From positions 9,686-73,685 of the forward strand of contig NZ_JALDYQ010000013.1 of NCBI RefSeq assembly GCF_032153725.1: 64,000 nucleotides of DNA. The letters run 5' to 3'. Made by a program: the position numbers and the translations under genes. Positions 16,850 through 25,371 of the stretch are shown piece by piece. The DNA comes from Sphingobium sp. (lineage in GTDB: Bacteria > Pseudomonadota > Alphaproteobacteria > Sphingomonadales > Sphingomonadaceae). The notes below the pieces were generated by a model that searched no databases, had not been told where the DNA came from, and saw only the letters and a list, made by a program, of their open reading frames with translations. The stretch's first letter is position 1. Each line of letters begins with the position of its first letter.

Positions 16850-17467
16850 TCAGGCCGCTTGCGCAACGGCCGGTACGAGCCAGGGACGCGCGTCGGCGTC
16901 CTTTGCCTCAAAGTGGCTGATCGTGTCCGCCTGCCCCAGCGTCAGGCCGATCTCATCCAGGCCGCCCAGCAGGCAATGCTTGCGGAAGGGATCGATCTCG
17001 AACTGGAAGCGGTCCTGGAACCGGGTCGTGACGGTCTGATGCTCCAGATCGACATGGATCGGGTCCGGAGTTCCATTGAGTCCCTGGGCCACTTCCATCA
17101 GCCGGTCGATGGCCTCCTGCGGCAGCACCACGGTCAAAATGCCGTTCTTGAAGGCGTTGCCGGAGAAAATGTCCGAAAAGCTGGGTGCGATCACGACCTT
17201 GATGCCCAGATCCGCCAGCGCCCAGGCGGCATGTTCGCGGCTGGACCCGCAGCCGAAATTGTCGCCCGCGATCAGGATCGGGCTGCCCACATAGGCCGGA
17301 TCGTCGAAGACATTGCCCGGTTCCTTGCGCAGCACCTCAAACGCGCCCTTGCCCAGACCGCTCCGCGAAATGGTCTTCAGCCAATGCGCCGGGATGACGA
17401 TGTCGGTGTCGACATTCTTCATCCCGAACGGATAGGCCTTGCCATCAACGATATTCAGCTTGTCCAT
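16850..17467 (-). CDS. leuD: 3-isopropylmalate dehydratase small subunit
   Basis: About 205 aa. Start ATG 17467 (or TTG 17470). [22 protein letters not shown] motif. Confidence 0.93.
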   Translation of the reverse strand: MDKLNIVDGKAYPFGMKNVDTDIVIPAHWLKTISRSGLGKGAFEVLRKEPGNVFDDPAYVGSPILIAGDNFGCGSSREHAAWALADLGIKVVIAPSFSDIFSGNAFKNGILTVVLPQEAIDRLMEVAQGLNGTPDPIHVDLEHQTVTTRFQDRFQFEIDPFRKHCLLGGLDEIGLTLGQADTISHFEAKDADARPWLVPAVAQAA

Positions 17468-17580
17468 CAATGTGACCGTTTTTCGGCGGGACGATGGGAA
17501 TCTTCCGCGCGCCCCAGGGTCGCCGCCATGGCGGCACTGGCCAACGCGCCCAGCGTCAGCAACCAGAATACCTTCTTCAT
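17467..17580 (-). CDS. 37-codon ORF wedged between leuC and leuD (signal-peptide-like)
   Basis: [37 protein letters not shown]. Its ATG overlaps the leuC TGA (ATGA) and its TGA overlaps the leuD ATG (TGATG). GGGAGAGG sits about 8 nt upstream. High GC3 in the first 25 codons. Confidence 0.4.
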   Translation of the reverse strand: MKKVFWLLTLGALASAAMAATLGRAEDSHRPAEKRSH

Positions 17581-19034
17581 GCGACCGCCTCTCCCTGTTT
17601 TTTTTCCGCCAACAATTCGCGCACGTCGGTCAGATGTCCGGTGATGGCAGCGGCAGCGGCCATGACGGGCGAGACGAGATGCGTCCGCGAACCCGGCCCC
17701 TGACGGCCCATGAAATTGCGGTTGCTGGTCGAGGCGCAACGCTCGCCCGAAGGAACCTTGTCGGGATTCATGCCAAGGCAGGCCGAACAGCCCGGCTCGC
17801 GCCATTCGAAGCCGGCGTCGGTGAAGATGCGGTCGAGGCCTTCGGCTTCGGCCTGGCGCTTGACCAGCCCCGAACCCGGCACGACCATCGCGTGCTTGAT
17901 GCCGCTGGCGATATGGCGGCCCTTGAGCAGATCGGCGGCGGCGCGCAAATCCTCGATCCGGCTGTTGGTGCAGCTGCCGATGAAGACATGCTCGATGGCG
18001 ACGTCTTCCATGCGCTGCCCGGCGGTCAGGCCCATATAGTCGAGCGACTTCTGCGCGGCGGCGCGCTTTGAGGCGTCGGCGAAGCTTTCCGGGTCGGGCA
18101 CCACGCCCGTTACCGGCACGACATCTTCCGGACTGGTGCCCCAGGTGACGCTGGGCACGATGTCGGCGGCGTCGATCACGACGATCTTGTCGAACACCGC
18201 GCCTTCATCCGTCAGCAGCGTCTTCCAATAGGCGACGGCGGCATCCCACTCCGTCCCCTTGGGCGCCATGGGGCGGCCTTCCAGATAGGCGAAGGTCTTC
18301 TCGTCCGGCGCGAACAGACCGGAGCGCGCGCCCGCCTCGATCGACATGTTGGCGACCGTCAGCCGCCCCTCGATCGACATGTCGCGGAACACCGAGCCGC
18401 GATATTCCATGACATAGCCGGTGCCGCCCGCAGTGCCGATCTGGCCGCAGATCGCCAGTGCCACATCCTTGGGCGTCACGCCAAAGCCCAGCTCGCCATC
18501 GACCACGACTTCCATCGTCTTCGACTGCTTGAGCAGCAACGTCTGGGTCGCGAGCACATGCTCGACCTCCGACGTGCCGATGCCGAAGGCCAACGCACCG
18601 AGCGCGCCATGCGAGCTGGTGTGGCTGTCGCCGCAAACCAGCGTCGTGCCCGGCAGGGTAAAGCCCTGTTCCGGACCGACGACGTGGACGATGCCCTGTT
18701 CGGCATCGGCGTCCCCGATCAGGCGGACGCCGAATTCGGGCGCATTGCGCTCCAGCGCCGCCAGTTGCTGCGCGCTTTCGGGATCGGCGATCGGGATACG
18801 GTTCCCCGCCGCATCGCGACGCGGGGTCGTCGGCAGGTTATGGTCCGGCACCGCAAGGGTCAGGTCGGGACGACGCACCTTGCGTCCAGCCATGCGAAGG
18901 CCCTCGAACGCCTGCGGGCTCGTCACCTCATGGACGAGGTGACGGTCGATATAGATCAGGCAGGTTCCGTCGGGACGGCGTTCAACGACGTGCGCGTCCC
19001 AAATCTTCTCATACAAGGTGCGGGGCTTTACCAT
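17577..19034 (-). CDS. leuC: 3-isopropylmalate dehydratase large subunit
   Basis: Track ORF trimmed to ATG 19034 ([17 protein letters not shown]). Aconitase-family Cys ligand motifs ([25 protein letters not shown]). Confidence 0.95.
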   Translation of the reverse strand: MVKPRTLYEKIWDAHVVERRPDGTCLIYIDRHLVHEVTSPQAFEGLRMAGRKVRRPDLTLAVPDHNLPTTPRRDAAGNRIPIADPESAQQLAALERNAPEFGVRLIGDADAEQGIVHVVGPEQGFTLPGTTLVCGDSHTSSHGALGALAFGIGTSEVEHVLATQTLLLKQSKTMEVVVDGELGFGVTPKDVALAICGQIGTAGGTGYVMEYRGSVFRDMSIEGRLTVANMSIEAGARSGLFAPDEKTFAYLEGRPMAPKGTEWDAAVAYWKTLLTDEGAVFDKIVVIDAADIVPSVTWGTSPEDVVPVTGVVPDPESFADASKRAAAQKSLDYMGLTAGQRMEDVAIEHVFIGSCTNSRIEDLRAAADLLKGRHIASGIKHAMVVPGSGLVKRQAEAEGLDRIFTDAGFEWREPGCSACLGMNPDKVPSGERCASTSNRNFMGRQGPGSRTHLVSPVMAAAAAITGHLTDVRELLAEKKQGEAVA

Positions 19035-19037
19035 AGC

Positions 19038-19066
19038 CCTTCCCCCTAGCCCCAGACAGGGCAGGG
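19038..19066. repeat. single unit of repeat family A just upstream of leuC
   Basis: The minus strand reads CCCCTGCCCTGTCTGGGGCTAGGGGGAAGG, similar to the 4078-4109 unit. Confidence 0.5.
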
Positions 19067-19138
19067 GAAAAGAGGGAAAGCGGCCAATTTTTCCTGTTTC
19101 CGCCAATAGCCGCCCTGCCATGACGCAACGTCAGGGAC

Positions 19139-19825
19139 TTAGCCGGCACGATGATCCTCGACGATGCGACCGGCCGCGCCCACTTCCGCCTCATGGCTTT
19201 CCTCCCGCCAGCTTTCGGCGAGGGCCGCGCGCTCCCATTCGCGCATCGCGGGCAGGGCGAGCATATGGTCGACCCAGGCCTGCGCCACCGGCCCGACGTC
19301 CAGCCCATAGGTCCGCACCCGGAAAACCACCGGCGCATAAAAGGCATCGGCGGCCGTGAAAGCCGGTCCCGCCAGAAAGGGGCCGCCGAAGCGGGACAGC
19401 CCCTCCCCCCACAGTTCCATCAGCCGCGCGATGTTCCGGTTGAGAGCGGGCGACGGCATATGCGCTTCCACGCGCACCCCGACATTCATCGGGCAATCGT
19501 TGCGCAGCGCTGCAAAGCCGCTGTGCATTTCCGCGACGGCCGATTGCGCCCATGCCCGCGCGGCGTCCCCCTGCGGCCAGACGTCCGGATGCCGATCGCC
19601 AAGGTACAGCGTGATGCCCAGCGAGTCCCAGACCGTCCTGTCGCCATCGATCAGCGCGGGCACCTGTCCCGTCGGAGAGAAATCGCGAAAGGCCGCGTAA
19701 TTTTCAGCGGCGGCGAAGGGTTCGAGCCGATCGGTGAAGCCGATGCCGAGCGTCTTCATCAGCACCCATGGGCGCAGGGACCAACTCGAATAATTCCGGT
19801 TGGCGGTGATGAGGGTGTAGGACAT
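19139..19825 (-). CDS. glutathione S-transferase family protein
   Basis: Track ORF trimmed to ATG 19825 (MSYTLITANRNYSSWSLRPWVLM). GQVPALIDGDRTVWDSLGI G-site pattern. Confidence 0.88.
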   Translation of the reverse strand: MSYTLITANRNYSSWSLRPWVLMKTLGIGFTDRLEPFAAAENYAAFRDFSPTGQVPALIDGDRTVWDSLGITLYLGDRHPDVWPQGDAARAWAQSAVAEMHSGFAALRNDCPMNVGVRVEAHMPSPALNRNIARLMELWGEGLSRFGGPFLAGPAFTAADAFYAPVVFRVRTYGLDVGPVAQAWVDHMLALPAMREWERAALAESWREESHEAEVGAAGRIVEDHRAG

Positions 19826-19923
19826 CGGCTTTCCCCTTATGAACGGCGCGATGAACATAGGCGCGCGACGACCGGGGCAAAAGCCGGAATGGCGGCGAGG
19901 TTCATAAGATAGGCTTATGAATC

Positions 19924-19959
19924 AAAAAAAACGGTCCGGAGCATGAAGCCCCGGACCGT
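19924..19959 (-). terminator. intrinsic terminator downstream of aceA
   Basis: Minus strand ACGGUCCGG-ggcuucaugcu-CCGGACCGU; counting the terminal stem U, this runs into a U8 tract. Confidence 0.8.
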
Positions 19960-20048
19960 CAAGTCCTTCCACCCTGATCGCGGGAGTGTCGCCCACGATC
20001 CGGATCGGTCAGCGGCTTGTCGGCCGCAAACTGGTTTCCCCGCGGCCT

Positions 20049-21641
20049 TTAGGCCGCAAACTGATTCATCGTATTGTGGATGCCGCCCGCCTTCAGCGCC
20101 GCTTCACCCGCGAAATATTCCTTATGGTCGTCGCCAATGTCGGAACCCGACATGTTCTGATGCTTGACGCAGGCGATGCCCTGACGGATTTCCTTGCGCT
20201 GGACGCCCTCGACATAGCCGAGCATGCCCGCCTCGCCGAAATATTCCTTCGCCAGATTGTCGGTCGACAACGCCGCCGTGTGATAGGTCGGCAGGGTGAT
20301 GAGGTGATGGAAGATGCCGGCCCGCGCAGCGGCATCCCGCTGGAAGGTGCGGATCTTCTCATCGGCCTCACGGCCCAGGTCGGTCGCGTCATAATCGGCG
20401 CTCATCAGCCTGGCGCGGTCATAGGCGCTCAGGTCCTTGCCCTCGGCAGCCCAGGCGTCGAACACCTGCTGACGGAAGTTCAGCGTCCAGTTGAACGACG
20501 GCGAGTTGTTATAGACCAGCTTCGCATTGGGGACGACTTCGCGGATGCGGTCGACCATGCCGGCGATCTGCTGGATATGCGGCTTTTCGGTTTCGATCCA
20601 CAGCAGGTCCGCGCCGTTCTGGAGCGAGGTGATGCAGTCGAGAACGCAGCGATCCTCGCCGGTGCCGGAGCGGAATTGGAACAGGTTCGACGGCAGGCGC
20701 TTCGGGCGGAACAGCTTGCCGTCGCGGGCCAGGACGACGTCGCCGCGCAGGGTGGCGATGTCCGTGACCTCCTCGACGTCGAGGAAGCTGTTATACTGGT
20801 CGGCCAGATCGCCATCTTCCTTGCTGTAGGCGATCTGCTTGGTCAGGCCCGCGCCCAGCGAGTCGGTGCGCGCGACGATGATGCCGTCGTCGATGCCCAG
20901 TTCGAGGAAGGCATAACGGACCGCGCGGATCTTCGCGAGGAAGTCCTCATGCGGAACCGTGACCTTGCCGTCCTGATGGCCGCACTGCTTTTCGTCCGAA
21001 ACCTGATTCTCGATCTGGATGCAGCAGGCGCCCGCCTCGATGAACTTCTTGGCGAGCAGATAGGTCGCCTCGGCATTGCCGAAGCCCGCATCGATGTCCG
21101 CGACGATCGGGACGACATGGGTTTCGTAATTGTCGATATCCTGCTGAATCTTCTGCGCCTTGACTTCGTCACCGGCTTCACGGGCCGCGTCGAGGTCGCG
21201 GAACATCATGCCCAGTTCGCGGGCATCGGCCTGCTTGAGGAAGGTGTAGAGTTCCTCGATCAGCATCGGAACGCTGGTCTTTTCATGCATCGACTGGTCG
21301 GGCAACGGACCGAATTCGCTGCGCAGCGCGGCGACCATCCAGCCGGAAAGGTAGAGATATTTGCCCTTGGTCGTGCCGAAATGCTTCTTGATGCTGATCA
21401 GCTTCTGCTGACCGATGAAGCCGTGCCAGCAGCCCAGCGACTGGGTGTAATTGGCCGGATCGGCATCATAGGCCGCCATGTCGCGGCGCATGATGCCGGC
21501 CGTGTAGCGGGCGATGTCGATACCGGTGTGGAAACGGTTCTGAAGGCGCATGCGGGCGACCGATTCGGGCGCGATGCCATCCCAATGGCCCTGACCGCTT
21601 ATGGTCGTGCCAGCCTTCGTGATTTCCTGTTGGTAGGTCAT
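20049..21641 (-). CDS. aceA: isocitrate lyase (long ~530-aa form)
   Basis: Track ORF trimmed to ATG 21641 (MTYQQEITKAGTT). KKCGHQDGKV-like catalytic motif (EKQCGHQDGKV) and 530-aa length. Confidence 0.95.
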   Translation of the reverse strand: MTYQQEITKAGTTISGQGHWDGIAPESVARMRLQNRFHTGIDIARYTAGIMRRDMAAYDADPANYTQSLGCWHGFIGQQKLISIKKHFGTTKGKYLYLSGWMVAALRSEFGPLPDQSMHEKTSVPMLIEELYTFLKQADARELGMMFRDLDAAREAGDEVKAQKIQQDIDNYETHVVPIVADIDAGFGNAEATYLLAKKFIEAGACCIQIENQVSDEKQCGHQDGKVTVPHEDFLAKIRAVRYAFLELGIDDGIIVARTDSLGAGLTKQIAYSKEDGDLADQYNSFLDVEEVTDIATLRGDVVLARDGKLFRPKRLPSNLFQFRSGTGEDRCVLDCITSLQNGADLLWIETEKPHIQQIAGMVDRIREVVPNAKLVYNNSPSFNWTLNFRQQVFDAWAAEGKDLSAYDRARLMSADYDATDLGREADEKIRTFQRDAAARAGIFHHLITLPTYHTAALSTDNLAKEYFGEAGMLGYVEGVQRKEIRQGIACVKHQNMSGSDIGDDHKEYFAGEAALKAGGIHNTMNQFAA

Positions 21642-21709
21642 GCTCAAATCCTTGGTCGCTCTATGGGTATGAAACTGGCCTAATCGCCTTTTGTGCGCCG
21701 CGGCAGAGG

Positions 21710-21762
21710 TTGCGAAGTTCAGTTGTAGAACTTTACAAGATTTGCATGTAAAGTTGTAAAGG
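21710..21762. promoter_or_regulatory. cluster of TTTGCAAA-like octamers in the aceA / regulator divergent region (candidate ScfR/RamB operator)
   Basis: TTGCGAAG, TTGTAGAA, TTTACAAG, TTTGCATG and TTGTAAAG within 52 bp. CTTTACAA (21731-21738) and TTGTAAAG (21754-21761) are exact reverse complements. AGAACTTTACAAG resembles the corynebacterial RamB box. Confidence 0.5.
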
Positions 21763-21783
21763 CTGCACAGGAGCGCACGACAA

Positions 21784-23211
21784 ATGGCCAAGGATCGTCC
21801 GGTTTACATGGGTCCGCGCCTTCGCAGGCTGCGGCGCGAACTGGGGCTGACCCAGGCGGACATGGCCGCGGACCTGGAGATTTCCGCCAGCTATGTCGCC
21901 CTGCTGGAGCGCAACCAACGGCCCCTGACCGCCGACATGCTGTTGCGCCTCGCCCGCACATACAAGATGGACATGAGCGAGCTGGCGGGCGATGGCGGCG
22001 CGGAGCAGACCGCGCGGTTGCAGGCGGTGCTGAAGGACCCGATGTTCGCGGATATCGACCTGCCCGCGCTGGCCACGGGGGACGTGGCGGTCAACTATCC
22101 GGGCATTACGGAGGCTCTGCTGCGGCTGCACACCGCCTATCGCGAGGAGCAGCTGGCCCTTGCCGACAGGGACGCCGGATCAGGGGACACGGAGCGCGCG
22201 GACACCGCCGAGGCGCCCGATCCGGTGGCCGAATCGCGGCGCTTTCTGGGCGCGCGGCGGAACAGCTTTCCGCTGCTGGACGATGCGGGCGAGAAGCTGG
22301 CCCATGAGGTCGAGGCGGCAGGCGGGTTGTCCGCTGGAGGATTGGCCGGCTGGCTGAAGGCGAAGCATAATCTGCGGGTCCGGCGGCTGCCTTCCGATGT
22401 GATGGCAGGATCGATGCGGCGGCTGGACCGGCATCGCGACGCCGTGCTGCTGGACGATGCGCTGGATGGGGCGAGCACCAGTTTCCAGCTCGCGCTGCAA
22501 ATCGCCTATCTGGAGATGCGGCGCGATTTCGACGCGGTGCTGAAGGACGGCCAGTTTGCCAGCGAAAGCGGGCGGCGGCTGACCCGGCGCGCCCTGGCCG
22601 CCTATGGAGCGGCGGCGATCCTGATGCCCTATACCGCCTTCGCCAAGGCGGCGGAGACGCGGCGCTATGATGTGGAGGCGCTGGCGCGGCAGTTCGGCGC
22701 CAGCTTCGAACAGACCGCGCATCGCCTGACCACCCTGCAAAAGCCGGGACAGGAGCGCGTACCCTTCTTCTTCCTGCGCGTGGATCAGGCGGGGAATGTC
22801 AGCAAGCGGCTCGACAGCGCGGGGTTTCCCTTTGCCCGCCATGGGGGATCATGCCCGCTCTGGTCGGTTCACCATGCCTTTGAGCGCCCACGCGAGGTGC
22901 TGACGCAATGGCTGGAATTGCCGGACGGCCAACGCTTCTTTTCCATCGCGCGGACGGTGACGGCAGGCGGCGGCGGTTGGGGGGCGCCCAGGATCGAGCG
23001 GGCGATCGCGCTTGCCTGCGCGGCGGAGCATGCCCATCGGCTGATCTATGCGGCAGGCGAAACGCCGTCCGAGCCGACCCCGATAGGCGTCACCTGCCGT
23101 CTGTGCCATCGCAGCCAGTGCATGGCCCGATCCGCGCCGCCGATCGGGCGCGACATGCTGCCGGAGGATTTCCGGCGCACCCACGCCCCCTTCGGCTTTG
23201 CGGATGGGTAA
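21784..23211 (+). CDS. XRE-family regulator with ImmA/IrrE-like peptidase and DUF2083 domains (ScfR/RamB class)
   Basis: 475 aa. N-terminal HTH LRRLRRELGLTQADMAADLEISASYVALLERNQRP. C-terminal Cys cluster (CPLW...CRLCHRSQC). Divergent from aceA, as expected for glyoxylate-shunt RamB-type regulators. Confidence 0.85.
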   Translation: MAKDRPVYMGPRLRRLRRELGLTQADMAADLEISASYVALLERNQRPLTADMLLRLARTYKMDMSELAGDGGAEQTARLQAVLKDPMFADIDLPALATGDVAVNYPGITEALLRLHTAYREEQLALADRDAGSGDTERADTAEAPDPVAESRRFLGARRNSFPLLDDAGEKLAHEVEAAGGLSAGGLAGWLKAKHNLRVRRLPSDVMAGSMRRLDRHRDAVLLDDALDGASTSFQLALQIAYLEMRRDFDAVLKDGQFASESGRRLTRRALAAYGAAAILMPYTAFAKAAETRRYDVEALARQFGASFEQTAHRLTTLQKPGQERVPFFFLRVDQAGNVSKRLDSAGFPFARHGGSCPLWSVHHAFERPREVLTQWLELPDGQRFFSIARTVTAGGGGWGAPRIERAIALACAAEHAHRLIYAAGETPSEPTPIGVTCRLCHRSQCMARSAPPIGRDMLPEDFRRTHAPFGFADG

Positions 23212-23247
23212 TCCGGGCCGATGGGTGATTGGGCTGACGGCTGAACA

Positions 23248-23291
23248 TGGCGGGTCCGGCTGACCTGTGCCGGACCCGTCCGCCCCTTTTT
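23248..23291 (+). terminator. hairpin plus U5 after the regulator gene
   Basis: CGGGTCCGG-ctgacctgtg-CCGGACCCG, then TCCGCCCC-TTTTT. Shared with the convergent gene ending at 23296. Confidence 0.55.
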
Positions 23292-23295
23292 AGGT

Positions 23296-23904
23296 TCAGC
23301 GCAGATCGGGCCTGCGCAAATCATCCTGCCTCAATCGTGAGACAGTGGGCGCCATGCGGTGATCGACCGGCTCATGGACCAGATCGTCGAAGAGCGCGCG
23401 ATAATGGATCATCGCCCGGCGGAGGTCTTCGGTATCGGCTTCGCCCCGCGCATGGCGCACCGCAATGTCGTGCGCGGAACGGTAATTCTGAACGACTTCG
23501 GGATGGTCCACCGAAAGATCGGCGGAGCGCTGTTCGAAATCGGCGATCGGATAGCCGCGCACCTCCATCACTTCGGTCAGCAGCACATCGGCGCGCGACA
23601 CCGCGCCCTGGGGATCGTCGACGAACTGCGCCTGCACCCGCACCCAGGCATCGGTGAAGGCATCCGCCTGCGGCGGCGAGAGCGGGCGGATCGTGAAGGC
23701 CGCGACGCGCTTCTCCCGTTCATGCAATTCGGCTTCGGCTTTCCGCGAGTTGCCGGTCATTTCGACCGTTCGGCCATATTCCGGGCCGAATTTGGCGCGC
23801 AGATTCGCGCGGCGGCGGTTATTGACGACCATGATGGTGATGGAAACGACCAGAATAAGGGCCAGAAGCGCCAGTCCGACTTCCAGCGGGGTCAGAGTGA
23901 CCAT
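23296..23904 (-). CDS. hypothetical membrane-anchored protein
   Basis: Track ORF trimmed to ATG 23904 with GAGGAGAGAG SD. One N-terminal TM helix (LEVGLALLALILVVSITIMVV), then a charged helical domain. No family recognised. Confidence 0.65.
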   Translation of the reverse strand: MVTLTPLEVGLALLALILVVSITIMVVNNRRRANLRAKFGPEYGRTVEMTGNSRKAEAELHEREKRVAAFTIRPLSPPQADAFTDAWVRVQAQFVDDPQGAVSRADVLLTEVMEVRGYPIADFEQRSADLSVDHPEVVQNYRSAHDIAVRHARGEADTEDLRRAMIHYRALFDDLVHEPVDHRMAPTVSRLRQDDLRRPDLR

Positions 23905-24019
23905 GACATCTCTCTCCTCACGGCTGTCAAAGCCGCACGACGCCCGCCGCCATCGCGGGATCAACCAGCGTTGGCGGGCTTTGTTCCGGCTTCGTCGCGG
24001 CGCCTGAAGGCAAGAAAAG

Positions 24020-24223
24020 CTAACTCTCTATAAGATCGAGATAAGCCACCACGTCATTGTCCGTGGCAAGGAACAGGCCGTCCTGCACGTCCTGCGGCTG
24101 CTGCTCCGCGAGTAGCAGGGCTTCGTTCAGGGGGCCGTAGAACAGCGTCGTCGCCGCGCCGCCGCCATCGGCATCGCTGAGATGGTAAAGGCGAACGGTG
24201 GCCGAACTATAGGTGGTGCGCAT
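24020..24223 (-). CDS. hypothetical small acidic protein (67 aa)
   Basis: ORF with high GC3. No obvious SD and no recognised family. Co-directional between the two neighbouring unknown genes. Confidence 0.45.
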   Translation of the reverse strand: MRTTYSSATVRLYHLSDADGGGAATTLFYGPLNEALLLAEQQPQDVQDGLFLATDNDVVAYLDLIES

Positions 24224-24262
24224 CGGCGGATTATCGGAGGCCGCGCGCCGTAACGCAAGCGG

Positions 24263-25201
24263 TCAACGCCGGTCCGTGACCCTGATGCCGTTCGCCAGCC
24301 GGTTCGGGCCGATCTTCACCGCATCGTCCGTGAAATTGGCGACGAAACTGCTGCTTCGCTGGAGTCCCGGCACGAAGGAGGCGCTGTTGTCCGCGATCGA
24401 GAGATTCGCGCTGTCCTGCTCGCGGCCTTCAGGCGCGATGGTGATGAAGGCGCTGTAATTGTCCTTGTCCCGGCCCTGCACCATTTCATTGCCGCGGATC
24501 GTGCCGCCGGCTCCATTGGACAGGTCGATCATATAATTGGTGAGCCGGCCCGCGCTGTCGTCGAAACTGTTGTCGGCAATGGTGACGCGTGGGGTCCGGG
24601 TCTTCAGATAATGACCGCCATTGCCCTGATCGAAGCGGGATCGGGTGACCGACAGGCTGCCATAACGGCCGACATAAATGCCATGGGCGCAGGCCAGATC
24701 ACGGTCGCAGCGGCCCAGATGGCGGAAGGTCGACCTGTCGATCCGCACGCTGTTGCCGGGCGCGTCGCCGGTCAGAATGCCCTCCTCGCTATTGCGGAAC
24801 AGGCTGTTGGCGACCGTCAGATTGCCGCTTTCCAGACGGATGCCGGCGCCATTGCCATCGGGCACGCGCAGATTCTGGAAGATGAGGCCATCGACCGTGC
24901 TTGACCGGCCGCGCAGCACCAGCGCCGCCTTCTGTTCACAGGCGACGCCGTCAAGGATCGCCGTGCCGGGCCTTTGCGCGCGGATGGTGACATCGCCGCC
25001 CTGCTGCACCGCGCATTGGGCATAGCTGCCCGGCGCCACCAGCACCGTGCCCCGGCCGTCGCCAATCGCCTTTATCGCGTCGTTCAGCGTCGCATAGCCG
25101 CGCCCGCTCTCGGCCACGGTGAAGGGCGAGGTGACGCCCTGCGCCAGCGCGGTAGCCGTGACGGCCGCGGACACGAGCAGGATGGTCGAGAAGAAGCGCA
25201 T
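24263..25201 (-). CDS. secreted right-handed parallel beta-helix repeat protein
   Basis: Track ORF trimmed to ATG 25201 (MRFFSTILLVSAAVTATALA signal peptide). Repeated N.F/I..N...GI-type turns (LTVANSLFRNSEEGILTG, VTIADNSFDDS, GTIRGNEM) suggest a pectin-lyase-fold protein. Confidence 0.75.
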   Translation of the reverse strand: MRFFSTILLVSAAVTATALAQGVTSPFTVAESGRGYATLNDAIKAIGDGRGTVLVAPGSYAQCAVQQGGDVTIRAQRPGTAILDGVACEQKAALVLRGRSSTVDGLIFQNLRVPDGNGAGIRLESGNLTVANSLFRNSEEGILTGDAPGNSVRIDRSTFRHLGRCDRDLACAHGIYVGRYGSLSVTRSRFDQGNGGHYLKTRTPRVTIADNSFDDSAGRLTNYMIDLSNGAGGTIRGNEMVQGRDKDNYSAFITIAPEGREQDSANLSIADNSASFVPGLQRSSSFVANFTDDAVKIGPNRLANGIRVTDRR

Positions 25202-25371
25202 ATCGAAAGGTATAGGCGCGCGCATGGGGGCGGCCAATGCCGAGTCATGGTTAACAAAATCCTGTTCCGCTATGGGACAGATGCCAATGGGCGTTCCGGG
25301 TCATTCCGCATGCGGATGGGGCGTCATGGCGGTTGGCGCGGGCGCGCTGGCGGGTTAAGCCTTGTCCGCCC

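Noticed and set aside
20022-20063. 12-nt direct repeat GGCCGCAAACTG, one copy inside the aceA 3' end and one 30 nt downstream
   Set aside because: It is real but too short to interpret. It probably reflects local hairpin-forming sequence near the stop codon.
19986-21683. 565-aa plus-strand ORF
   Set aside because: Antisense shadow of isocitrate lyase.
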